Below, piece by piece: positions 14,377 to 25,370 of a stretch of DNA of 64,000 bases; positions within the stretch are counted from its first letter, which is position 1, and each line of letters begins with the position of its first letter. This DNA is from Raillietiella orientalis (lineage: Eukaryota), in NCBI GenBank assembly GCA_036172245.1, contig JAYWIR010000052.1:744001-808000 (forward strand), written 5' to 3'. The notes under the pieces were generated by a model. It made no database searches and was not told the origin of the DNA. It was given only the letters and a program-made list of their open reading frames with translations. Both the position numbers and the translations under genes were made by a program.

Positions 14377-15376
14377 TTAAATGATCTGGATTGTTAAAAG
14401 GGTGGTTTACTGATTATTGACTTACTCATCAATGCCCTGTAATGGAATTCAATCCCAAGAGATGGCTAGAAGAGAGTCTCATCTTTAGTCCTTGATGCAA
14501 ACATCCATATTCCAAGAACCAAAATATTGTTTCATTAAGCATGCATGCAAGACATTGCACATTTTGAATGTTCAACATACATAAATGGCATTCGTTTAGG
14601 AATGCCTTGTGTTGCCTTGACCATAGGGACCGTACAACATTCTCTCACTTATTCTCTCACTTGATAATCTTGTGCAATAACTAATACAAATTAATGTTTT
14701 GTGCACACACTTATACAAATTTGGAAGGCATTTCTGAATAAATTTGTGGACTGGTTGATAAGTCGTGGCACAAATATTTTCGGGCAATTACACTGGCCAA
14801 GATTATAAGTGTACCAATGCTTCTATCTATCTACGCCCAAACTGTTCTCAATTTTCGTTGCCAACTTACAATTTTATGGCAACGGCAGAAAGCAAAAACG
14901 ACAATTCGATATTTGGTAAATAAGATTCCCTTTAATCAAAAGAAACTGAACTGAAAATCGCAAAAGCTTTTTGGGATAAAATGTCTTACGTTTTACTTAA
15001 TGCAAAATTGTGAAACCAGACTTCGAATAGTGCTAGTATAAGCACACGTGTAATTTGTATCACGGTCGTCAGCCTTGGATGCATTACTCAATGCACAGTT
15101 ACAACGAAATTGGATGAAACAGTTGCAAAGGTGAACAAAATGTAACATGATCGCAATTTATGATTGCTGGGATGTCCGTTCATGAAAGAGCACAATACCC
15201 AGTCTGCCACGTCCCTTATTCCAAGTTTTAGTAGACTGACGGGCCTGGGTCTTTTATAGACGTGGAGCATGGCCTTCAGGGCGTAGCAAAAGCCTGGAAG
15301 AAAACCACGGCACGTCTAGGGCAATGGGTGCAACCCGTTTAGCTCTCGCAAGTAGTGCAAAATCAGATATTCCATC

Positions 15377-15810
15377 TTTTTTGGTTCTCTAAGTACCTCA
15401 AGAGCCGTCGCGTGCCCCGCAGCTCAGGTAGCTCTTCGACATTGTCTTCGAAGCCACCCGAGGGTGCGTGTAATTCTTCAAGATAGGTGGTACCCCAGGA
15501 AGGGCCCCTATGAATCCAGGAAGGTCTTGGAGTCCGTTACCCTCACGCCTGGGGGGGGATCCCGCAAGGGAACTTGCACCCTGGTTGTTTCCGAAGGGAA
15601 TCGGAAAGGATGTAGGAATTTCTTCTCCGGAGGGAACCCGCAAGGGAACCGCTCCTGTTCACTCCTCTGAAGAGAACCCCGAAGGGACGCTTCCGAAATT
15701 CAGAAGGGGCGCTGCTTCCTCGAAGGGATCGCTCTCGCTTCTTTGCACTCTAGAGAGGTGGCTACACACCTCCAGCTCCGTCAGTACGAGTTGGAGGGTC
15801 CCCCCCCGAG
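15377..15810 (-). mobile_element. 5'-truncated copy of the hairpin-array SINE-like family, with short poly(A) tail
   Basis: Reverse complement matches 31225-31736, including the terminus GGCTCTTGAGGTACTTAGxGAACC-AAAAAA; about 3 twin-hairpin units. Confidence 0.8.
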
Positions 15811-17192
15811 ATATCCCATCTTTTCGGATGTTTTGTGGACAATGCCGCTCTCATCTGACGGATTGAAATGCGGATCGCTTTTCACTTTCGCTTTTCACTG
15901 GTGTTTCCTATTTGCAGATCGATGGCTTGCTAATTGGTCGTCGCATAACGAAACTCGTCGCAGAAACATCACTGTACCATCCAACCGGTCGAGGAAAGTT
16001 CTGATTGCTTCACATTATGCTTCGTCACTTCACATCATCTGTCTGGTATCAAGAAGGAAGACCGAATAGAGTACAGCATAAATGACGTAGATTAGTAGAG
16101 TGGCTAGACACTTTCCCTTTGTCACTGTAAGGCAAGACATCTGAAGTGCAAGTGCGGCGGTTGAAGTCCATTTTGAATACCATATCGCACATGAATCTTT
16201 CGATGCTTGTCATGGACCTGTGCGTGCGTGTGCACTTTTTTCAATAGCCGCTCTAGGAATCTAAGGAATCCATTTTTTTTTTGAAATGTGATTCAGGGAA
16301 TACCATAATCATAAAGGGTTGGTAGAAGTTATTCGCGTGTTTGAAACAACTGACTTGACAGGTTACTTCCCCTATGTGAATTGCCACTTAAATTGCTACA
16401 TGTTTGAAAAAGACAGTTAATAAGACGCAGCATCCTTGAATTTTCAAACTAACAAGGAGTTTGATGCCGCAAAATTTTGTTCCGCAACTGTAAGACCTAA
16501 TCTTGCTATCGAATACAAGAAGTGTGCTCGAGAACAGTCAAGTGTTTTGCTATTCTATGCAGCCGTTTTCTTATCGTGTCAGTGAATCCTCTGTCTTCAA
16601 ACATGATCACACATTTTCGAAACATGCTATCAATCACGTGCCAATGATTAATTTGAACAAAGCCTTTGAAAAAGAGTTTTTTCTTGCTATTGCTAAGCAC
16701 CATATAGAATAAAAAAAACCAACCGAGAAATTCCATGTGTAAATTATTACTATAAATAATGATGATAAGATTTTGATGACAGGTGACAAGGATCTTTTCA
16801 TGCACCTGACATAAAATTCATTACATTGCTTCAGGAAAAAGGTTCCTTTTTCTTTCTTAATTTAATTACTGTTTGTGATTAACTGACAGAAGCTGTCAAA
16901 GAGTGTACTTAAAAACATAACAGAGTTGGAAAGCACCTGTACATCCAACTACACTTAACTGATTAGCATCCTTATTTTGAAATAACGGATTGGCATTATT
17001 CAGAAAATACCATCCTATCAAGCCTTAGAGGAAAAGGAACATTCAGTTTGAGATTCATGACGTCTATCGATCGTTAAAGTATTTTATTCGTGCTTATTCA
17101 TATTTTCTTAATCGACAAGCTATCATGAAGATGTGATGTCGGTGGTCGAGACCATTTGCTTTAGAAAGTTGCCAGTAACGATTCGTCTTCAT

Positions 17193-17234
17193 AGTACTCA
17201 AAAGTACTCAAAAGTAGTCAGAGTACTCAAAAGT
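17193..17234. repeat. Short tandem repeat (AGTACTCAAA) x ~4
   Basis: AGTACTCAAA AGTACTCAAA AGTAGTCAG AGTACTCAAA AGT read directly. Confidence 0.8.
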
Positions 17235-18957
17235 TAGGGATAATTCACGAATCAAAAAAAAAAAAAAAAGGGCGGCTGAATGAATAATGGTAAACGAAGG
17301 ATGCAAACTCGGAGTAATGAAAATATGAGAATCAGAGATGTTGAAGATAAAAGTGGCTGACCTGGCTGCGAGTGCATTTCCTTGAAATGAAGGAACGGAT
17401 GCAGAAATCCTTAGGCCGTTGCCAGTTTGAGGTCAGCGGACTTCACGTTGAATTCCTTGTGTCTTTGCAATCCTTGTCGGCTTCCTCTTTCCTTCGTGAG
17501 GTAAATCATATCATCCGAAATGGTAGTGCTTCAGTAAGAATTCATTATCAAAACGACAAACGCTTTCAGAGACGGGTATTCCATTTCAGCACCTTGGTCT
17601 GCCTGAATACATTTCATTGGGAAATGCGAATGGAAAGTGACACGAATGGAGCGACTGGCAGCTGAGATCGGATTCCATTTGAGGAACCGAAGCATTTGAC
17701 AGTTTATCTGCTTTCTTAGTGTAACTGATTTGTGCAAGGCATGTGTCGCTGGTGCACATTAGCTAAAGGAAGCTCGGTCAGCTGTATCAGTGACACTTGA
17801 CCCAACTTTCAGCGCAAAGCATGCGGAACGTAAGATAAAGGGAAATGAGTAAGCGATTGATTTTCTTAATTTTTTCCCCTTTCACTCGGCAGTGAAAATT
17901 CGGCTCTCCCCCTTTTGCATCAATCTTGACTCGAAGCATTCTATTCCCAGGAACGGACTGCAATGTGACTCAAAATGCTTTCGCCATTCTCCGAAACGAA
18001 AGATGATCTGAGGACATCCCCCGATGTGCCAGGCACACGAACCGTAGAATGGGTGTGGTCTTTCTACTGATCAAGACACACCCCACATGGTCGCTTCAGA
18101 CGTTCATTGGCCCAGAGGACTCACTACTGAAACCAAATGGATCTGACGAAACTAACTGATGCAAATGGTGAGAGAGTAAACGTGTCATGCCATCATCTCC
18201 GGGGAGCAGACTGAATTTCGTTTTCAACAAGTGAGAAATTTCTTGTTTACCTTTGAGACGAGTCATGTTAATGAGTTTGCATGTGTGAAGCCTGCATGGA
18301 AGCTTGCTTTTTTCCTCCTCCTCCTAGCCAAGTCCCTGTATCCAGGACTTCTTTTTTTTACCAAATCTGATTAATGCAACCTAATTCTCAGAGATGCTTA
18401 CTACAGAAGGGAATGTTATGAGTGGAATTCAGAAAAGGCTCCGAGGAAGCATGCAACTTCAGTTATGATACAAAGTGCCTCAGGCGGAACATTGCAACAA
18501 AAGCCCAGTGATAGTGCCATTCCTGTGTTTTGGTGCAGAAGAGTAGAAAGAAAGTTTAGCATAACTCGGAATCCATCGGCTGGTGGACTGACAGCTCCTC
18601 CTCCCTCTTCTTTTACTCTTTTTTTTCCTCTTTCTTCCATCCTTCTCTTCTTATCTTCCTCTTATTCCTGCCTCTCTTCCCTTCCTTCTCCTTGCCCTGT
18701 CGGCATTTCTGTTGGGATACCAAAGAAGGGTCTTGCCAGATCCTGCTCTGTCGGTTTTCAGCTTTGGTTTGTAGCATGTGTGACATGCAGGAGACGCTGC
18801 TGCCAACTGTAATAGCGACTCGATCTTTATGGCGTCACGAGAATGTCGAAGGCATGGAATCAGAGAGCGACGCGCGATAGAATGTTGGCAATGCAGGTTT
18901 CAGAGAAGACGAAAGCCAACACTGCCCTTACTGTGTTCCAGAGTTCTGGAGAGCGAA

Positions 18958-18981
18958 ACACACACACACACACACACACAC
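18958..18981. repeat. (CA)n microsatellite
   Basis: Read directly. Confidence 0.95.
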
Positions 18982-19239
18982 GAACAAAAAATGATTATCT
19001 TGATTTTTTTTGTCTGTTGAAATAAATTTCATTTTTCAAGTTCCCAAGGATGTAAATCGATGATTTTCGGCGTATCATCCCAATCATCTTGTTGATCCAG
19101 CTGATCGAAGATCTCATCAGACAAGGAAGAAGACTTTTCTGCAATACGCAAGGACGTGGATGAAAAGGCAAGCCAACGCACCTCGGTATCCAGTAGGCAC
19201 ATCTCGGGTATACCAACGCACCAAGGACCAGGGAATACC

Positions 19240-20327
19240 AGAACGAGGTGGACGAAGGACCTCCTGAGAATTGCCCTGTGGGGTGAACGAAGGTTCAGAG
19301 TCCAGCTGAAGGACGTGCGCACTCCCCGATGGGGCGACACCCTCAGTCTCCTGAAACTGGAGCAGATGGAGGTCCAGCTACGATGACGAACGATGGCCAT
19401 CGCAGTTCCCGCCTGCCACCGTGCCAGCCGTGTTGCCGGTACCAAAGCACTCGCGTGTGACCTTTTGTGTTCCGGGCGAAAGGTGATAAGGTGCGGTTTT
19501 CTCTTCGGACGGATGCCCATCCTGGCGAAGGGGAACGGTTGGATGGCCTGCTGTCCCCCAATCCACCCCAACTGTAGCGCCTGGCTAGAAGAAACAGTCG
19601 GCACGTGAGCGAAGAAAACCGAGCCGAGCTCCAAAGAATGGAACCGCCTGCGGCTCGGCGTCCACACCCAATGCAGAAGATCCTGGGGAGTCCTGGCATA
19701 AGCGCGCGAGCGGAGCTGATCCCCTCCTGCCGCAGCGCTGCTCCCCTGAGGGAAGCGAATGGCGGCAGCGAACCGGTCAGATGGCAGTGGCAGGACTCCT
19801 GCTAGATCGCATGCAGGAGGAAGCTGATGGGTGGATAGACCACGGGGCAGCTGGAGGACGCCTCGAGCCCGAGTACCTTTCTACGAGGACTACAGCGCTG
19901 GGGGGAGCTGCTCGGCACTCTTAGAGAAGACCAGGAATGGCCCCCGGTGTTCACGAAGTGCAGCGCTTTCGCCCTGACGTGACAAGGGTTGGCACTTCTG
20001 CTGTCGCTGCGCCGGGGTCTTCCCTGCAACGTCCATGCCGACCTCTCCGGACCCGGGAAGGGAAGAGAGTGATCCCGGACTGTCAAAGGTGCGGGAAACG
20101 GGAATCCCCCTTCCCGAGCCTGCTAGTGGATCGTATTGCTCTCTGGTCCCTGTGAGGACGTCTCGAGACGACCCGGTTGGCATCCCCAGCTACGTTTCCA
20201 AGCTCCTCTTCGTGCTCTCCCTGCCGCCGGCTGCAGATTATATTTGTAACTTGAACCAAGCGTCCAGCCACTGATCTGTGTGTTTATTTTTTATATAAAT
20301 AAACGCCATGGTGCAACCGGATGTCAA
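19240..20327 (+). mobile_element. Degenerate 3' fragment of the L1/Tx1-like LINE (post-RT region, zinc-binding C-terminus, 3' end)
   Basis: Translations TKDLLRIALWGERRFRVQLKD...LEQMEVQLR*RTMAIA, AWLEETVGT and CQRCGKRES...LLVD match ORF2 of the 44.3-49 kb element; ends with the AATAAACGCC...CCGGATGTCAA motif. Confidence 0.85.
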
Positions 20328-20329
20328 AC

Positions 20330-21085
20330 CAATCCCGTCTCACTGGGGAGACGTCTCAGATGCTGCGCGAGGCCACGTCCGAAGGCCTTGGCCACTGCCC
20401 TCAGGGATGGATCGGGTTGCTCGGCGTTCCCAAAGGGACTTTCCCGGGCTTCCTGGTTCACTCCTCCTCTCCTCTTTCTCCCACTCTGAGACAGGAGAAA
20501 GGAGGGAGGCGGTCTCCTGGCTGGCGCAATGAACCTCCCTGAACGCCTTCACGGGGAGAGCAAAGAGAGCACCCGAGGGGTGCGCCCGCGCGATACTGCT
20601 GAAGTGCTCCGGAGGCTGCGTCGGGCATGGGCAGGAGCACTCGGGTTCTCTCATGGGGTGCCCGCGAGGGTCTCCCCAGGCGGGTCCACGCTGACGACCC
20701 TCTGGCGCGCCGCGAGTGACAGCCGAGACGACCGAGACTGAGGAAGGGCGTGGCCGTTGCCCCGGGGAATCACTGCCTACCTGCGAAGATGAGCGCCTCG
20801 GGATGGTCCAATGCAAGAGACCTTCGGGCAATCGGTGGGGGCAGGCTGACTCCACCGCACCGCTGACCGTACCCACTTCCTACTCTGGGGTGAAGGCGTG
20901 AGTACCGCGGGATCGATCCACCCTACTCCCTATTTATTGCTCCCTCCATTTGTTTCCCTTCCTCCTCCTCCTCAGCTCCGTCTTCAGCGGGAGCTGTTTC
21001 TGTTGCTAAGGGACGACACATGTGAGTAGCCAACTCATTTATTTATTCAAATAAAGGGGCCGCCTGTTCAGGGTGAAAGGGTCGC
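20330..21085 (+). mobile_element. Probable 3' remnant of another LINE subfamily
   Basis: Weak resemblance to a degenerate C-terminal zinc-binding region (GESKEST...LRRLRRAWAGALG), followed by a pyrimidine-rich UTR-like stretch and AATAAA near 21050. Confidence 0.35.
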
Positions 21086-22185
21086 GCCGTGACCTCTTTC
21101 TTCCATGCTGGATATTTTCCAGTTGGTCAAGGAGCGCCTTAGGGATCCTGCTGTGGGAGGCCACCTGACGCCTGGCGAGCGCGCTTCCGCAGGGAGGCGC
21201 ACAGGTGACGGGACGGCGGTCACGCAGGGAGACCAACAGCCTGATTACTGCCATGCTGTGTACGACGGCGAGTGGTCCTACGAGGATGGGATAAGCCCCA
21301 CGGAGAGCTCAGCCCGTGGTGCAGATGAGATCACTGGCGACCCCTTCCCTCGTCCGCGGTCGGTGCGCCCTTCCATTCCTTGCTGCCACCTCAACTCCGC
21401 TGCGCACCTTGCTGGGTCGCCCTGCAGGGGGGTCACAGGAGCACCGTTGACCATCCTGCGCGTGGGAGTTAGCCGGCATCCGGGTCAGTGTGCGCGCGGT
21501 CACTTCGCGAGGACATTTCTCCGGTCAGTGCGAGAGCACCCAACGCGCCGTAGCGCGCTTGCGCCCCTCCGACCGGAGGTGGCAGCCGTTGTGGCGCCAG
21601 CGAGATGCTCCGGAGCTTCCCGGCCGGCCGACTCACACAGCGGCAGGTGCGCGGGTGGGGCGCAGAGGAAAGAGCGGGAGTTTCCGGAGCCCGCACCACT
21701 CTGGTCGGCCTGGCGCCTGCGCGCGGAGGCGGTTCCGCGCCCGTCCAGTTGCTTGCGATCTCCCGCCGAAGCGCCGCCATCGCCATCGCCTGCGGGTTTC
21801 GCGGAAAGTGGGCGAAGGTGTCGCGGGAGAGCAGCTGCTCATCTTGGAGGCTCCCGAGGCGCGTGTGCTCCCACCCTCCCTTTTCGCAGTGGGGAGGGTG
21901 GGGGTGAGTGGGAGGAGCGAAAGACCCGAGACGCCGGCCGCTGCTGGTGGACGCGACCCCTGCCGGAGGGAGATACCTGCAGTGCTCTGAGAACTTCTGA
22001 CCCACCTAACGTCCGCTTCCCTCTTCCTTGCACATTGCAGGCTGGTTGCGCACGTAGGCACGCGAGTGAAGGGAAGTCCTCTTCTTTCTATGCTCTCGAC
22101 CTGCCGTGACCTCTTCCTTCCCTGCTGGCGAACTGTAGTGACACCTCTTCCTTTCACGTTGGCGAACTGTCGTGACCCCTTGTTG

Positions 22186-22736
22186 CCATGCTCGCGACCT
22201 GCCGTGACCTAATCCCGACATGCCGCGTTATGAATTTAAAGTCGCGAGATGGAGGCGCAAGAAGCAAGGGTCAGTCACGGAAGCGCGCCAAGGGAAGAAG
22301 GAGGCTGCAGGAGGACCAATCGTTGCTCTCGGCGCGGGGGACCAGCCTCGTTGTTGCAGTCCCTCATTGCCTAATTCCCTCATTCTCAGCCTGGAGGAGG
22401 AGGAGGCGGAAAGAGAGAAATCGGGGCTCTGTCGCCGCTGTCGCTGCCTCGTCCGTCCGTCCGTCCCGCGAATGCTCCGAGGCATCTGCCTCCTCGTCTC
22501 TCTGCCACCGCCCAGCTCGTGCCACGTATTGGCTCTCAGCAGGGTGGCGTCGGCGGTCACACTCCCTCCTGCACTTTGGACACCGCCATCGCGTGGTGGC
22601 GCACAACGGTGGCAAACTGGAAGAGGTGGGCGTCTCCTTCCGTGTTAATTGCCCGGAGACCAGCGTCTCAGGAGTGAGGCGCCCCGCGGTGCGCGCCCAT
22701 CCCTATTGCAAACCCTGCGCTCCCCGGGAGCTCGCG
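22186..22736 (+). repeat. Copy 1 of a ~550-bp near-identical direct repeat; possibly the 5' end / ORF1 start of a LINE
   Basis: Matches 59798-60348 with about 5 substitutions seen by eye. Downstream translation (GVSFRV...PYGKV) is weakly ORF1/RRM-like. Confidence 0.9.
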
Positions 22737-23829
22737 CAAAAGGCGGTGGCGCCCCTACGGCAAGGTGATACCACCGAATGAAAACCCTCAGCGGACTCAG
22801 GCAGCTGTGAGGGAGTGCTGACCCAGATGAACGCACAGTCGCCTGCTGGGCGCCGTCGCCCCTTCGTTGTCCCTTCGACCCTTGCGGAGGTTCGCTTGGT
22901 CTGGGAGGGAGCTCCTCCCGGGATGGTTCCTTTCCGGCCGTAAGTGGACAGTTACCGTCCAGTATTGACTGGATGGCGAAGGGCGGAAGAGCATCACGCG
23001 TTGCCAGACATCCCAAGAATCTAGACTTTCGCGGCGTAATGAGACGCCGGGAACGCTCCGGGATTCGTCGGAGGTCCGGGATAGAATCCCCAGGTCCGTT
23101 CCGAAGGGAGGCGCATTCCTCCGGCAGGTGTCGGAAGCATCCCCGTGACAGCCGATCCATCAGGCGGTCCCGAGGAAGCTTCTCGAAGGCCCTTCCTCAG
23201 CCTCCCTCGTCTCGAACGCGGCGGTCGGAGACAGGCAGCGTCTCGTGCCCGAGCGGGAGTTCCGCCCGGGAACCCGGGAAACTCTGGAAGGGTGGCCCTT
23301 TCTGTCGTTCGGCGCGGAGGCAGGTCTCCGGCACTCCGAGGGGTCATCCCGAGCGGCTCCCTTCTGTCGGGAGGCGGGCTGCAGCCGAAGGGTCCAGGGA
23401 ATCTCTCCCGGAAGCTGCGAGAGAAAACAGAAACGCTTTTTAAGCATCCGTCCTCCTCCTCCTCCCTGCTACGGGCGGCAACGAGGGGAGGGAGGAGCAT
23501 ATCTTCCGCCTCCCTTCGACCGCGCGCCCCTCATCCGAACGCTTGCCCCATGGCACGGCCGCTGCGCCGGCGGGACGAGAATGGAGATCCCATGCCCTCC
23601 TACCGCCGGTCCGGCGACGTGATCCCAGGAGGGAGGAGGAGGACAGGCAGCGCCGGAGGCGGGGTCGGCAGTATCTCTGGCGTGCTCGCCGGTGACCCTC
23701 GAGGGCTTGGCCAGCGCATTTCGCTTCTCGTCCCACGCCAGGTCCTGGCGCGATCTCCTCGGTGGCCACTCCCAGCACGCTCCCGGCGGCAGACGGCGCT
23801 CGACAAAGAGGGGTGTGTATCCCCACCAC

Positions 23830-24640
23830 AACCGATTCCTCAGTGGACCTGCCGGGTCGCCTGTGGTGTGCAGGCCGGCAAGGGTCGACTCAACAGCGGA
23901 GGGAGGGAGAAAAGCACAAAGAATAAATGGAAATAAATGAAAACACTCTGGAGGGCCAAGGAGAGATCGCTGCCTGCTGGAGGGAGTCCACTGCATTCTG
24001 TCCGGGATTCCTACTAGGTCCGTCTGTACGGCACCCTGGTGGGGCCGTCCGGTCTCCGTCCGCAGGAAACGGAAGTCCACACCCAATGGCGTCTCGCTCG
24101 TTCGGCCCTCGTTCCGCATCTCTCCAGGCCGCCACTCCCCGCCACGAACCCAGCAAAGAGCTGCTGGGGCTGCAGACGGCGGCAGGACCTCTCCCGCACG
24201 AAGAGGAGCTTGAAAACATCCCTGGAGATGCCAACCGGGTCGCCTCGAAAGGTTCCCACAGGGATCGTAGGGCAATACGATCCACTGGCAGGCTCGGGAA
24301 GGGGGATTCCCGTTTCCCGCACCTGCGACAGTCCGGGATCACTCTCTTCCCTTCCCGGGTCCGGAGAGGTCGGCGTGGACGTTGCAGGGAAGACCCCGGT
24401 GCAGCAACAGCAGAAGTGCCAACCCTTGTTACTTCAGGGCGGAGGCGCTGCACTTCGTGAACACCGGGGGCCATTCCTGGCCTTCTCTAAGAGTGTCGAG
24501 CAGCTCCCCCCAGCGCTGTAGTCCTCGTAGAAAGGTACTCGGGCTCGAGGCGTCCTCCAGCTGCCTCGTGGTCCGTCCACTCATCAGCTTCCTGCTGCCT
24601 GTGATTTCGCAGGAGGATTCCCACCACGGCCATGGAGAGA
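23830..24640 (-). mobile_element. Degenerate 3' fragment of the L1/Tx1-like LINE
   Basis: RGLQRWGELLDTL and CRRCGKRESPFPSLPVDRIALRSLWEPF; highly similar to 19800-20230 in inverted orientation; pyrimidine-rich 3' UTR resembling 47670-47800. Confidence 0.85.
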
Positions 24641-24689
24641 GCAGCGTTCTTACGCTTTGGAAAGGCAACATCCGCCTCCATCCCCCTCA

Positions 24690-24835
24690 GGGCGTACAGC
24701 CAGCTCATGGAACCTCACATGGCGCCTGGCGTCGCGTGTTCGAATCCCCACGTGGAGGATCAACTCCGAGAAATGGGGGTGGATATGTCGTGGGTTCCGA
24801 GTGCACCCTTCTTTGGTTGACCTACTAGGGCACGA
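24690..24835 (+). mobile_element. tRNA-like head fragment of the SINE-like family
   Basis: B-box-like GTGTTCGAATCCCC. Context ATGGCGCCTGGCGTCGCGTGTTCGAAT and GTCGTGGGTTCCGAGT aligns with 30895-30965 and with the reverse complement of 36730-36840. Confidence 0.6.
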
Positions 24836-24842
24836 CACTAGC

Positions 24843-25370
24843 TGACAACCCGGTCACACCGGGACATTTATTTATAGAATAAACATAGATGTCTGTGGCA
24901 GGACGTTTGACCCTGCCATGTTACTAATAACTACGAGGAGAAACCTTCCGGGATCTGGCATGCAGGACAGCGGGGTTTTCCTCGGCAGCACAGGGGAAAA
25001 AGAGACAAACAAAAAAGAAAAAAATAAAGTAGAAAGCATACAGTCTTAAAAATGAAGGGGGAAGGGTCGGGAAGGGATCACTGTGTGCTGGAAGGTGTCC
25101 TCTGTATCCTTGTAAGGATGCCGGCAAGTTTCTGTTTCAAGACTAGATGGGGCCATCTTGACAATGACTTTATGAAGAAAACGGCAAAACAGATGGCGTC
25201 CCTGTCGTCCTGGCCTCCTCTGGCGCTGCGCCATGCAGCCACGATCCCGCCGCATAGGCAGCACAGTGCTGCTGAGGATGTAGCCGGCGTGAGGGCGTCG
25301 CGCAGGAAGAGGCACTTTAAAACGTCTCTGGGGTTGTCTTCGGGGGTTCCAAGGTTCCTCTGAGAAGCTG
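24843..25370 (-). mobile_element. 3' fragment of a second L1/Tx1-like subfamily
   Basis: PRDVLKCLFLRDALTPATSSAALCC...RWPHLVLKQKLAGILTRI is homologous to PRDVLRPLFVRDALQPAAALAALCC...RWPHLGQTQKDLEGILRRM; terminal AATAAA + CCCGG/CCGGG hairpin. Confidence 0.85.
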
